From an uncultured Acidimicrobiia bacterium (GTDB lineage: Bacteria > Actinomycetota > Acidimicrobiia > Acidimicrobiales > AC-14), in NCBI GenBank assembly GCA_963836205.1, contig CAWIIV010000015.1:96001-160000 (forward strand): DNA of 64,000 nucleotides. Reading direction: 5' to 3'. The position numbers and the translations under genes are program-made. The notes beneath the pieces were generated by a model, which was not told where the DNA came from, made no database searches, and worked only from the letters and a program-made list of their open reading frames with translations. This document shows positions 48,805-58,437 of the stretch, piece by piece; position 1 is the stretch's first letter, and every line of letters starts with the position of its first letter.

Positions 48805-50847
48805 ATGACCAGCGACGGGCGGGAGGCAGTCGAGCTCCGGGTCCACGGCGTCGGAGGAGCCCACGGGGCCAAGATGCTGGGCTACGAGTCGTTGGCGGAC
48901 GACGTCGTCGTCGTAGAGAGGGGCAAGGACACCCGGATCCTCGCCCGCAGTCGCGACTCGAGTGTCGAGAGCTACGACTGGGGCGATCTGACCTCCGGAT
49001 CGGGCTTACGGTCCCTGTGGATCGTCCTCCTGCCGTTCACCCTGATGAACGTCGCCGGCTGGATGCACCCGCCCGTCGACCAGAGCTCGCCGGGCACCGT
49101 GAGGTGGATCCGCAGGCTCGTCCATTTCCTCTCGCTGATGCTCACGGCCATCTACGTGATCACGCTCGGGGTCATCGTGGTCGACCTGATCGGTTGGCAG
49201 TGGTCGCGGCGTTTGGCCCTGCCCGACAACGAAGCCGGCTACCCCGTGGCGCTCGAGTCGACGCTCGGCACCACCCGTTGGGTGTCGACTGCGGCCCTGA
49301 TCGTCGTCGCAGTCCTGATCGGGGGGCTCCGGCTTCTGGCCGGACGGTCGCAGCTGCGGTTCGAGCGGAAGGAGCCCGCAGCCGAGTTGCGCGCGGGCCT
49401 CACCGGGGAGGAACCGTGGGGCGACGACGAACGGCTGACCAGTCGTGGCTTCTTCTTCCACCCCGACGCTGCCTCGCGACTCTTGTTCCGTCATACCGTG
49501 GTCGCGGGACTGAGCTTCGCGGTCGTGGCCGGACTGACCGTCTGGCGGGCCTGGCTCCACCCGAGGAAGCTGGACGAGAGCCTGAAGATCTACGAAGCGC
49601 TCACCCTGCCCACAGTGTTCGTCATCGCCTCGATCTTCGTGCTGGCCTTCCTGTCGCGACGCAGCCCGCGGAGCGCCGGTCACCCGTGGGTCTCGGGCGG
49701 CCCTGCGATCGCGGCCACGCTCGCCTTCGCCGTGCTCAACGCAGTCTCCGCCGGCATTCACGTGCTCCTGATCCTGGTCCTCAACGTCTTGCCGCCGAGG
49801 CCGGAAGCCGCCGAACGCCTACGGGCGGGACCGGAGGTCAACGCGGTCGACCTGTGGGGCGTGGTCTCCATCGTCTTGGTGCTGGCGGGGCTCACGCTCT
49901 ACGTCCTGGCCAGGCATCGTCGGCCGCCAGACGACCTCCCGCCACGGACGACGCCGGTCGACCTCCCGCCCGACGGAGCCGACGAAGCGGTCAGAAAGGC
50001 CGTCGCCAAGAGCCGCTTCATCGCCCTCCTCGCCCGCCGCAGCGGTCGCATGGCGCAGGGCCTGGCGGCGGCGCTGCTGCTCTCGTACACCGTGCTGGTC
50101 CTCTACCGGATCATCAGGGCCGACGGCATCTTCCTCCCCGCTCCCCGCGACCTCACGAGCCCCCTCTACGTCATCGGCTCGGGCGTGCTGCTGCTGGTGG
50201 TCGCCGTGCTCGTGCTCATGGTGCGCCAGTCGTTCGGCGGTGCCCAGACGCTCGCGTCGACCCTGTGGGACGTCCTGACCTTCTGGCCCCGCCGATTCTC
50301 GCCGCTCGCCGTCCGGGCCTACTCGGAACAGGCGATCCCGGAGCTGCAGGGCCGCATCGTCCACCACGTGCGCGGCGACGACCGGCCCCGGGCCCTCGTC
50401 CTGAGCGCCCACAGCCAGGGCTCGATCCTCGGGTTCGCCGCCCTCGACTCCCTTCCCGACGACGACCTCCGCCACGTCGCCTTCGTCACCTACGGATCGC
50501 CGATCTCCACCATCTACACCACCTTCTTCCCCGCCTGCTTCGGGGGCGACGAGGTCGGGCAGCTCCGGTCACGGGTGCCGTCCCCCGGCACGGGGCTGGT
50601 GGGATGGAAGAACTTCTACCGGCAGACCGATCCCATCGGCGGGCCCGCCTTCGGGGAATCCGATCCCGCCGACCAGGAGCTGGCCGACCCCTTCCCCGGC
50701 ACGGCCGCCGACCCGGACCCGTCGACCCCGCCTCGGGAGCGTGACCGGCCACCCTGGACCCAGGTCGCCGGCCACTCCCACTACCACGCCGAACCGGTGC
50801 TCAAGCGCTGGGTCGCCGCGGTCAGGTCGGCGTTGACGCAGGCGTAG
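48805..50847 (+). CDS. Multi-pass membrane protein with split alpha/beta-hydrolase-like domain
   Basis: ELRVHGV, LLPFTL.N.A.W, many TM helices, AHSQGS, TYGSP, TDPIG, GHS.Y. Confidence 0.78.
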   Translation: MTSDGREAVELRVHGVGGAHGAKMLGYESLADDVVVVERGKDTRILARSRDSSVESYDWGDLTSGSGLRSLWIVLLPFTLMNVAGWMHPPVDQSSPGTVRWIRRLVHFLSLMLTAIYVITLGVIVVDLIGWQWSRRLALPDNEAGYPVALESTLGTTRWVSTAALIVVAVLIGGLRLLAGRSQLRFERKEPAAELRAGLTGEEPWGDDERLTSRGFFFHPDAASRLLFRHTVVAGLSFAVVAGLTVWRAWLHPRKLDESLKIYEALTLPTVFVIASIFVLAFLSRRSPRSAGHPWVSGGPAIAATLAFAVLNAVSAGIHVLLILVLNVLPPRPEAAERLRAGPEVNAVDLWGVVSIVLVLAGLTLYVLARHRRPPDDLPPRTTPVDLPPDGADEAVRKAVAKSRFIALLARRSGRMAQGLAAALLLSYTVLVLYRIIRADGIFLPAPRDLTSPLYVIGSGVLLLVVAVLVLMVRQSFGGAQTLASTLWDVLTFWPRRFSPLAVRAYSEQAIPELQGRIVHHVRGDDRPRALVLSAHSQGSILGFAALDSLPDDDLRHVAFVTYGSPISTIYTTFFPACFGGDEVGQLRSRVPSPGTGLVGWKNFYRQTDPIGGPAFGESDPADQELADPFPGTAADPDPSTPPRERDRPPWTQVAGHSHYHAEPVLKRWVAAVRSALTQA

Positions 50848-50989
50848 GCCGGCGGTGCTACGGTGCGCCGATCACGGAGGCGCGCCAGAGCGGAGCACTC
50901 GGGGATGCCCATGCGCTCGGTCTGTCGTCGGTCTACCGGCAGGTGCCCGTCCTGCCGCCGCTGGCGCGTCCGACCCTACGGGCATCGGT

Positions 50990-51403
50990 TCAGGCCTGCG
51001 GCTGACCGATGTTGACCATCCACGCGACGCCGAACTGATCGATGCACATGCCGAACTCATCGCCCCACATCTGCGTCTCCAAGGGGACCGCGACGCTTCC
51101 GTTGGCCGACAGGTTTTCCCAGTAGCCGCGCAGCTCGTCGGCGTCGTCCCCGCTCAGGCTCACCGCGATGTTGTTGCCGGGCGAATGCTCCATCCCAGGT
51201 GGCGTGTCGGCCCCCATGAGCGTGAAACCGCTCGGGGTTTCCAGCATGCCGTGCATGATGTTGTCGGCACCGGGGCCGTCGCCTCCGCCGTATTCACCGA
51301 AGGTGTTCACATGCAACGTGCCGCCGAAGACGCTCTCGTAGAACTCCAGGGCGGCCCGAGCATTGCCGTCGAAGGTGATGTAGGGATTGAGTCGAGAGCT
51401 CAC
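50990..51403 (-). CDS. PhnB-like VOC family protein
   Basis: LNPYITFDGNARAALEFY...WGD.FG...DQFGV.W. Confidence 0.9.
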   Translation of the reverse strand: MSSRLNPYITFDGNARAALEFYESVFGGTLHVNTFGEYGGGDGPGADNIMHGMLETPSGFTLMGADTPPGMEHSPGNNIAVSLSGDDADELRGYWENLSANGSVAVPLETQMWGDEFGMCIDQFGVAWMVNIGQPQA

Positions 51404-51849
51404 CTGATCCTCCTTGGTCGCGTCCAGCCGGTCCTCAGAGACTCCAGCACAACGGCGGACTCTTCGCCCACCGGCCCGGTCGCGCCAGCGACCGGACTGG
51501 TGGCGTCGCGGGTGCCGAGGCGGCCGGTGCAGGCGGCGTGCGGGTCGACTCTGGCGCCAGTGGCGACCCCGGTGTCCTCGGGACGGGTTGCCGGGCCGCG
51601 ATCTGCACCGTGCGCATCGGGATCGGTGAGCGGAAACAACACGTGACCGTGCCGGCTCCCGGAGATCGGTTGGACGAAGGCGCGGCCTTTCGCCGGCCGG
51701 GGTGTGCGGTGGCCGCCGAGTGCCGTCGGCGGTTTCGCGCCGTCGGTGGGGTCCGAACGACCGAGAATGGGATAAACAAGAAGGCGAGTTTCTCGTCCAT
51801 CCGATCGGACGTCCGGAGGTTCGAAGGCAAGGTGTTGGTGACGCGCTGC

Positions 51850-52599
51850 ATGCCACGATTCCGGCTGACGATGCTAATGCTGGCGCTCGTGGCCGCAACG
51901 GCCGCCTGCTCCGAGGTGAAGAACCTCGCCACCGGTGAGTGCAGCGGCGACAAGCCGTTCGTGCTGGTCATGGTCGATGGTTCCTCCACCCAGAACGACC
52001 CTGCGCTGATCGCCGAGCAGGTGGACGTGGTGGAGGCCGTCGCCCGCAGGACGAGCAACGAGTGCGGCCGCCTGCGGGTCGAGCGGTTCCGGGGCTCGGC
52101 CAGCGACGTCGACACCCTCCTCGACCGCGACGTCACCCCTGAGGGGGCCACCGCCGGCAACCGCGACCGCAACCGCGACGACCTTCTGGAAGAGATCCGC
52201 AATGAGGTGGAGCAGCGTATCGCCGGCTCCGCGGCGCAGGGCGGGAGCGATCCAGTGGGCGCCATGGGCCGGGGGGCCCGGCTCCTCGGCCAGGAGGACC
52301 GGGAGCACAAGCAGCTGATCCTGGTCACCGACGGGGTCCAGTCGGCCGAGCCCAACCTGGCCACCGAGGAGCTCACCGCCGCCACCGCCAGCAGCTTCGT
52401 CGACCAGGCCGGCGACCTCCCCGACCTCTCCGGCATCGACCTGGTGGTCACCGGCGTTGGCCGGGTGAGCGGCCCCCAGCCCCCGTCGTCCTACATCAAC
52501 GGGCTGGTGGCCTTCTACGAGGAGGTCTGCGAGCGCTCCGGGGCCGCGTCGTGCCGGGTCGTCGACGCCCTCCTCCTGCCGGGAGGCAGCGGTTCGTGA
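51850..52599 (+). CDS. Lipoprotein with vWA-like domain
   Basis: Lipobox TAAC; VMVDGSST (MIDAS-like), GGSD, LILVTDG. Confidence 0.7.
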   Translation: MPRFRLTMLMLALVAATAACSEVKNLATGECSGDKPFVLVMVDGSSTQNDPALIAEQVDVVEAVARRTSNECGRLRVERFRGSASDVDTLLDRDVTPEGATAGNRDRNRDDLLEEIRNEVEQRIAGSAAQGGSDPVGAMGRGARLLGQEDREHKQLILVTDGVQSAEPNLATEELTAATASSFVDQAGDLPDLSGIDLVVTGVGRVSGPQPPSSYINGLVAFYEEVCERSGAASCRVVDALLLPGGSGS

Positions 52600-54452
52600 G
52601 CTCACCTTCCTGGGACTTCCCGTCCCCGTCCGCGAACCCGGGCCTCGACGACGACGACGAGCGCGAGCAGATCGAGGCCCTGGAGCGGGAGCTTCTGGAG
52701 CAGCTCGAACGCGACAACGGGGCGCCGGCGCAGGACCACGTCGAGGCGCTGGACCGGCTGCACCGGGAAGAGCAACAGGAACGGGAGCAGATCGAGGCGC
52801 TGGAACGGGCGCAGGTCGATGCCCTCGAGCGGGAGCACCGGGAAGAGGAACAGGAACGGGAGCAGATCGAGGAGCTGGAGCGGGAGCAGCTGGCCCAGAT
52901 GGCCCAGATGGGCTCGCTCGCCGCGGCCGACCGCGAGTCGGCGGATGTCGAGGCTGCTGGCTTCGATGCTGCTGGCTTCGATGCCGCTCGCTTCGATGCC
53001 GCTCGCTTCGATGCCGCTCGCTTCGATGCCGCGGAGCAGGCCGAGCGCGACGAGCTCGAAGAGCTCGAACGGGAGTCGCTCCGGCAGCTCGAACAACTCG
53101 AGCGCCAGCAGAACTCCTCCGCCGCCGCCGCCGCCGCCGCCCCTCCCCCGCCGCCGCCCGCGCCCCGCCCGAGGACCGACGCGCCGACCCGGGACGCTCC
53201 GGCGACGCCCGTCGTCGAGACCCGACCCGGGCCCGACGCCAAGGCCAGGGCCGCCCAGTTCCTGGCCGAGGCCAACGCCCGCCAGGCGCTGGAGGAGGCG
53301 ACCAGGGGCGGACCGCCCGCGGCGTCGACCGAGCTTCGTGATGCGGACGAGCGCTCCAGGGCGGCCCGAACCATCGTCGAGCACCGCCACCAGAACCTGG
53401 TCGAGGCCAACGCCCTGCTCACCGAAGCGAGAAGGGTCCTGGCGCCGATCGCCTACCGAGGGCTCTCCGACCGCACCTACCTACGCCGCAAGATCATCCT
53501 GGGGATCGGCGAGGCGGTGAGCCTGGCCGTCGCCTTCTCGGCCGCATTCGACGTCGCCCCCCTGGAGGGACTGCTGCTGTCCGGCGCCATCGCCCTCGCC
53601 TTCGTGATCGCCGGCGACCTGGGCGGCGTCCTGCGGATCGTCGCCGAGAGGTCACGGCTGTCGGCGGCCCTGGAGGACGACGCGGTGCACCTTGATCCGA
53701 GGTACCACCACATCCTGTACCACGCCCGACAACCATGGCTCTCCATGATCGGTGGGGGGACCGCCGCCGTCTTCGCCCTGGCCACGGTTTCGGTCGGTGT
53801 GCTCCGAGCCGCCAATCAGGGCAGCGTCGGGCTGGCGGCCGGGCTCGGTTTGCTCACCGTCAGCCTTGCCATCGCCGCCGGGTTGTCGAGCTGGCAACAC
53901 GCCAGCATCGGCTCCGAGATCATCGACCACCTCCAGCGGGAGGAGGAGGCGGCCGCCCGCCGCCTCAAGCGGGCCGCATCCAATCGCGCCCTGCGCCGGC
54001 CCCAGATCATGACCGCGGTGAGCAGCCAGGAGTACGACCTGCCATCGCGCGCACCCGACCTGGATTGGTCGGCGCCCGATGTCGACTGGCAGGCGGCGCC
54101 CACCGCCGAGCTGCCGGCGCTGCGGCCCGAGCGGGGCGGGCGGTCGAGACGGGCGGGGCGGGAGAGGCCGGCGAGGGCGAAGCGGGAACGGGCCTCAGGC
54201 AGCCTGGTGGGAGCGGCCGCGGCCCGAGGCGCCGTCTTCCTGGCCACCCTCCCCGGCAAGCTCCGCCGAGCCGAAGACTCCGGTCCCAGTCCCAGTCCTA
54301 CGAGAGAGTCCAAGAAGGTGTCCAAGAGGGAGTCCAAGATCGAGGACATGTCGGTGTCGGGTGACGGCCCGGGGGCGCTCGGAGAGAGTGCGGGCCCGAT
54401 CGAGGCCGTCGCCTTCCGGCCGCCCATCCAGAGCCCGAAAAAGTTCGGGTGA
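52596..54452 (+). CDS. Membrane protein with Glu-rich coiled coil and four TM helices
   Basis: EREQIEALE repeats, two TM pairs, GTGA overlaps on both sides. Confidence 0.7.
   Translation: MSSPSWDFPSPSANPGLDDDDEREQIEALERELLEQLERDNGAPAQDHVEALDRLHREEQQEREQIEALERAQVDALEREHREEEQEREQIEELEREQLAQMAQMGSLAAADRESADVEAAGFDAAGFDAARFDAARFDAARFDAAEQAERDELEELERESLRQLEQLERQQNSSAAAAAAAPPPPPPAPRPRTDAPTRDAPATPVVETRPGPDAKARAAQFLAEANARQALEEATRGGPPAASTELRDADERSRAARTIVEHRHQNLVEANALLTEARRVLAPIAYRGLSDRTYLRRKIILGIGEAVSLAVAFSAAFDVAPLEGLLLSGAIALAFVIAGDLGGVLRIVAERSRLSAALEDDAVHLDPRYHHILYHARQPWLSMIGGGTAAVFALATVSVGVLRAANQGSVGLAAGLGLLTVSLAIAAGLSSWQHASIGSEIIDHLQREEEAAARRLKRAASNRALRRPQIMTAVSSQEYDLPSRAPDLDWSAPDVDWQAAPTAELPALRPERGGRSRRAGRERPARAKRERASGSLVGAAAARGAVFLATLPGKLRRAEDSGPSPSPTRESKKVSKRESKIEDMSVSGDGPGALGESAGPIEAVAFRPPIQSPKKFG
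52953..53027 (+). repeat. 15-bp in-frame tandem repeat x5 (AAGFD/AARFD)
   Basis: gc(t/c)gct(g/c)gcttcgat repeated five times. Confidence 0.88.
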
Positions 54453-55030
54453 CCCGGCGCCGCCTGGTTCTGATCGCGCTGGCGCTCCTGGCCGCCGGGT
54501 CGGCGTGCGGCGGGTCGTCCTCCGACGAACCCAACGCCTCGGCCACGACCCGGGCCCCGGCGGCCACGCCGACGACCACGGCCGGGGGGACGCCCCGGCC
54601 CGGCATGCCGACGGTCCCCACCGGCGACGAGCGCTCCATCCCCCGGGCCTCCACCGAAGAGGCGGTGATCGAGGGCCGGCCGGCGGTGATCGTGACCCTG
54701 CCCGAGACCGTCCTGTTCGACGTCGGCCAGGCCGTGTTGCGAGCCGACGCCGAGCCGTCGCTCCAGGGGGTGGCCGACCTCGTCGGCGACCACCCCGGCG
54801 CCCGCACCGAGGTGCTCGGGCACACCGACTCGACCGGATCGGCCGACTTCAACCAGTCGCTGTCGGAGCGCCGGGCGGCGGCCGTGTCGGACTGGCTCGC
54901 CGGCCATGGCGTCGACCCCTCCACCCTCACCAAGGTCGGCTACGGCTCCGCTCGACCGGTCGCCGACAACGCCACCGCCGACGGCCGGCAGGCCAACCGC
55001 CGGGTCGAGGTCATCGTCCACCTGGCCTGA
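54449..55030 (+). CDS. OmpA/MotB C-like peptidoglycan-binding lipoprotein
   Basis: Lipobox GSAC; LFDVG, GHTD, NQSLSERRA, NRRVEV. Confidence 0.9.
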   Translation: MTRRRLVLIALALLAAGSACGGSSSDEPNASATTRAPAATPTTTAGGTPRPGMPTVPTGDERSIPRASTEEAVIEGRPAVIVTLPETVLFDVGQAVLRADAEPSLQGVADLVGDHPGARTEVLGHTDSTGSADFNQSLSERRAAAVSDWLAGHGVDPSTLTKVGYGSARPVADNATADGRQANRRVEVIVHLA

Positions 55031-55034
55031 TACC

Positions 55035-55196
55035 CACCGAGCCGGCGTAGTTCGAGCAGCAGCGACTCGATATCGACCGGCTTGGCGACGAAGGCATGAC
55101 GCCTGGTCCCAGGCACGCCTGCGGTGGATCGAGCCGTGGCACCGACCCGGCGGCCACCAGGCCCGACTCGTAGGCGTAGATCACGAGCTGCGGCAC
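55035..55196 (-). pseudogene. Response-regulator remnants
   Basis: QLVIYAYESGLV (LuxR C-terminus) and AFVAKPVDIESLL (receiver C-terminus) without their N-termini. Confidence 0.45.
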
Positions 55197-55303
55197 GGCC
55201 CGCCAGCACCGTCGTTGCTCGGCTCCATCCTCGATCCCGCACCCTTCAGAGCACCGCCGCCCGCTGATCGATCCGGAAGAGTTCCGGCACCGGCACTGAA
55301 CGA

Positions 55304-57199
55304 TCAGGGGAGATTCACGGCTCCGACATCGGCGCCGCCGTCTGGAGCCCGGTCATCCGCCCGACCTCGACCCGACGGGGACCAGCGACGGGTCGGAAGG
55401 CACGGAGGCGTTCGACCGCCTGCCGGTACCTCCGGCGTTGCTCGCTCGGCGGGACCCGGGCCGGACTCGGCGACCATGTCGAAAGAGGTGTGACCTCCAC
55501 CCTGCCCCCGACGCTCGTCGAGGACCTCGGACACCGTCGTCGCCCCGGCGAGCAGCTTCCGGGCCTCGTCGAGCTCGTCGGTCATGAGGTAGGTGAGGCC
55601 GAGGGCGGCGCTCGCTTGGGCCTCGCCCGCCGTGATCCCCAAGGTGCGGAAGCGCTCGCGAGCCACTTCGAGGTGCGCCCGGGCCGGCGTGACCGCACCG
55701 TCGTAGACCTCGGCCACGCCTTGGAAGAAGCGGGCCCATGCCTCGAGCGGCTCATCGCCGAGCCGCTTGCTCAACTGGCGGGCTTCGACCAGGTCGAGCT
55801 CGGCGGCCCTCGCTCCGAACAGCACCATGGCGAGCAGGCCGGCGGTGATCTGCACGACCACTCGATCCCGGTCCCGCGCCTGACACAGCTCGAGCATCGA
55901 CCGGGCCAGCCGGAGGCCGTCGGCCTGACCCACCATGATGAACAGGTCCTTGGTGCGGGCCAGCAGCCTTACGCCCGCGTAGGGATCCGCGGTCAACGCC
56001 CACTCCGCGGCCAGGCGGACGTTGGCGTAGTCATCCTCGAGGCCGGCCACCACCTGCTGCGCGTCGAGCGACGGCCAGCTGGCGGATGCGTCGTCGCCCC
56101 GCGAGGCGTAGTGGTGCAGGTGGCGGGATGCGGCGGCGGCCGCCTCGCCCGCGTCCACCAGCAGCTCCCACGCGTACTCGCGCACCGCCTCCAGCAGCCG
56201 ATACCTCGTCCGGCTCCCGGCGCTCGGGACGACCGTGACCAGCGACGTGACGACGAGCCGCCCCAGCATCTCCCGCGTCAACCCGGGGGCGACCGCCTGG
56301 GCGGCGGCGGCGTCGAACCCGTCGACGAACACCGCCAGCCGCCGGAACGCCCGTTGCTCCGTGGGATCGAGGAGCTGGTGGCTCCACTCGACTGCGGCCC
56401 GCATCGACCGGCGGTGCGACGGCCTGCGCCGCCGGCGCCCCGTGGGTTGGCCCAGGCTCCTGTCGACGCTTGCCAGGATCTCGGCCACCGACATCGTGGC
56501 CACACTCGCCGCCGCCAGCTCGATCCCCAGCGGCAGGTGACCGAGGCGGGCGCAGAGCCGGGCCAGCACCACCTCGTCGTCCTCGTCCACGACGAAGTCC
56601 GCCCGCCGCGTCCGGGCCCGCTCGACGAACAGACGACCGGCGTCCTCGGGCGCCAGCGGGTCGACGGTCCAGACCATCTCGCCACTGATGTCGAACGACT
56701 CCCGGCTGGTCGCCACGATCCGGACACGGGGGCACCGGCGGAGCAGGGCTGCCGCCAACTCGGCGCACGAGTCGACGACGTGCTCACAGTTGTCGAGGAC
56801 GAGGAGGACATCGTGGGCGTCGATCTGGCGGCCGACCGCGTCGACCGCGGCCGCCCCGCCCGGGCTGCGGACGCCTAACCTACGGGCCGCCTCCGCGGCC
56901 ACGTCCGACATCGGCGGTACGGCCGCCAGATCGACCAGCCAGGCGCCATCGGCCGGCGGCGGGTCCAGCCGCCCCGCAACCTCCAGGGCCAACCGGGTCT
57001 TGCCCACGCCGCCGGGCCCGGTCATGGTCAGCAACCGGGTCCGGCGCAACGCCTCGCCCGCGGCGCCGATCTCCCGCTCCCGCCCGATCAGGGCGGTGAC
57101 TGGCACCGGGAACCCCGACCGGCCACTCACCCGCGGATCTGAGCCTCCTCGATCCGCCGCACCCGCGCCCTCGCCCGCGCCCGCCTGTGGCTGCACCAT
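55304..57199 (-). CDS. Predicted ATPase (AfsR/LuxR-type NB-ARC plus TPR), C-terminus degraded
   Basis: GPGGVGKT, LVLDNCEH, ATSRE, LPLGIELAA, YRLLE. Confidence 0.82.
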   Translation of the reverse strand: MVQPQAGAGEGAGAADRGGSDPRVSGRSGFPVPVTALIGREREIGAAGEALRRTRLLTMTGPGGVGKTRLALEVAGRLDPPPADGAWLVDLAAVPPMSDVAAEAARRLGVRSPGGAAAVDAVGRQIDAHDVLLVLDNCEHVVDSCAELAAALLRRCPRVRIVATSRESFDISGEMVWTVDPLAPEDAGRLFVERARTRRADFVVDEDDEVVLARLCARLGHLPLGIELAAASVATMSVAEILASVDRSLGQPTGRRRRRPSHRRSMRAAVEWSHQLLDPTEQRAFRRLAVFVDGFDAAAAQAVAPGLTREMLGRLVVTSLVTVVPSAGSRTRYRLLEAVREYAWELLVDAGEAAAAASRHLHHYASRGDDASASWPSLDAQQVVAGLEDDYANVRLAAEWALTADPYAGVRLLARTKDLFIMVGQADGLRLARSMLELCQARDRDRVVVQITAGLLAMVLFGARAAELDLVEARQLSKRLGDEPLEAWARFFQGVAEVYDGAVTPARAHLEVARERFRTLGITAGEAQASAALGLTYLMTDELDEARKLLAGATTVSEVLDERRGQGGGHTSFDMVAESGPGPAERATPEVPAGGRTPPCLPTRRWSPSGRGRADDRAPDGGADVGAVNLP

Positions 57200-57301
57200 G
57201 GCCTCACGCTAGGTGGTCGCCGCGGATTGGCGCAGTGCCACAGGAGCCGCTGGAGCGAGAAGAGCCGGCGCGTTCCGGCACCGGCTCTGACCTGCACCTT
57301 C

Positions 57302-57379
57302 TGGTCGGGCTGAGAGGATTTGAACCTCCGGCCTCCTGACCCCCAGTCAGGCGCGCTAACCAAGCTGCGCCACAGCCCG
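57302..57379 (-). tRNA. tRNA-Pro(GGG)
   Basis: cgggctgtggcgcagcttggttagcgcg-cctga-cTGGGgg-tcagg...ggttcaaatcc...cagcccgaCCA. Confidence 0.97.
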
Positions 57380-57426
57380 TACGCGGCAATGGTAGTCCGA
57401 TGCGCCGGATGGGAGAGACTGACGCC

Positions 57427-58194
57427 ATGAGGTCGAAGATCGTGAGTTTCCTCGCCGCGCTGGCGAGCGTCGCAGTATCCCTGGCGCTGTCCACCGCCAC
57501 CCCGGCCGGGGCGCAGACAGCTCCGCCGGCACCGAGGGGCCTGGGCGCCCTGCTCGGCAGCATCCTCGGGCGGGGCGGGTCGACCACGCCGGTGCCACCG
57601 GCCACGCCCGCGGCTCCGACGAGTTCCGCCCCGGTACCCGCCGGTCCGGCCACGCCGCTCGCGGTCGAGCAGCGCCTGGCCGAGCTCCGGTACGACGTCG
57701 GCCCGGTCGACGGCGTGATCGACGGGCTCGCCGCCTCTGCCGTCATGGCCTTCCAGAAGGTGCACGGCCTCGCCCGCACGGGAGAGCTCACCGACGCCAT
57801 GGCCACCACCATCGTCGGCGCGTCCGGCCTCCCCACCCCCCTCGTCGCCAGCTCCGACGCCAACAAGGTCGAGATCGACCTCACCCGCCAGGTGCTCTTC
57901 CTCTACGAAGGTGGCGCCCTCTCCCGGATCCTGCCCATCTCGTCGGGCACCGCCGAGACGCCGACCCCCACCGGGTCCTACCGGGTCTACCGCCAGGCCC
58001 GCGGGTGGGAGACCAGCCCCCTGGGCCGGCTCTACAACTCCCAGTACTTCGTCGGCGGCTACGCCATCCACGGCTCGCTGTCGGTGCCGAACTACCCCGC
58101 GTCCCACGGCTGCGTCCGCCTCACCATGAGCGCGGCCGAGTGGTTTCCCGACCACGTCCGCATCGGCACCCCGGTCTACGTCCTCGGCGGGTAG
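57427..58194 (+). CDS. L,D-transpeptidase with peptidoglycan-binding domain
   Basis: Signal peptide, VDG...FQKVHGL..TG, TPTG, AIHG, SHGCVR. Confidence 0.92.
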   Translation: MRSKIVSFLAALASVAVSLALSTATPAGAQTAPPAPRGLGALLGSILGRGGSTTPVPPATPAAPTSSAPVPAGPATPLAVEQRLAELRYDVGPVDGVIDGLAASAVMAFQKVHGLARTGELTDAMATTIVGASGLPTPLVASSDANKVEIDLTRQVLFLYEGGALSRILPISSGTAETPTPTGSYRVYRQARGWETSPLGRLYNSQYFVGGYAIHGSLSVPNYPASHGCVRLTMSAAEWFPDHVRIGTPVYVLGG

Positions 58195-58215
58195 CCGGCC
58201 CCACCGAGCCCGCGG

Positions 58216-58413
58216 CTAGAGGTGGTGGACCACCCACCCGATGCCCTGCACCGTCCGCCACCCGAGGTAGAGGACCACCGTCACCACCAGCAGCTTGAAG
58301 TGCCACGGGGTGCGGCGGGCCTCCCCCACCACCTCGTGGCAGGTGGGACACCCACCCTCGGCATCGAGCTCGTCCTCGGGCCGGTATTTCTCGCAGCCCT
58401 CGCACCAGGGCAT
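58216..58413 (-). CDS. Small Zn-ribbon membrane protein
   Basis: MPWCEGC...CPTC, PWHFK followed by a TM helix. Confidence 0.7.
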   Translation of the reverse strand: MPWCEGCEKYRPEDELDAEGGCPTCHEVVGEARRTPWHFKLLVVTVVLYLGWRTVQGIGWVVHHL

Positions 58414-58437
58414 CTACTGGGGCATTTCGTCGGGCAA

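Noticed and set aside
52596-55030. Zorya ZorAB call
   Set aside because: The coiled coil precedes the TM helices, the OmpA protein is a lipoprotein, and there are no ZorC/D/E partners.
57302-57379. tRNA-Pro as integration site of the leftward accessory region
   Set aside because: No duplicated tRNA 3' end was found by eye and there is no adjacent integrase.
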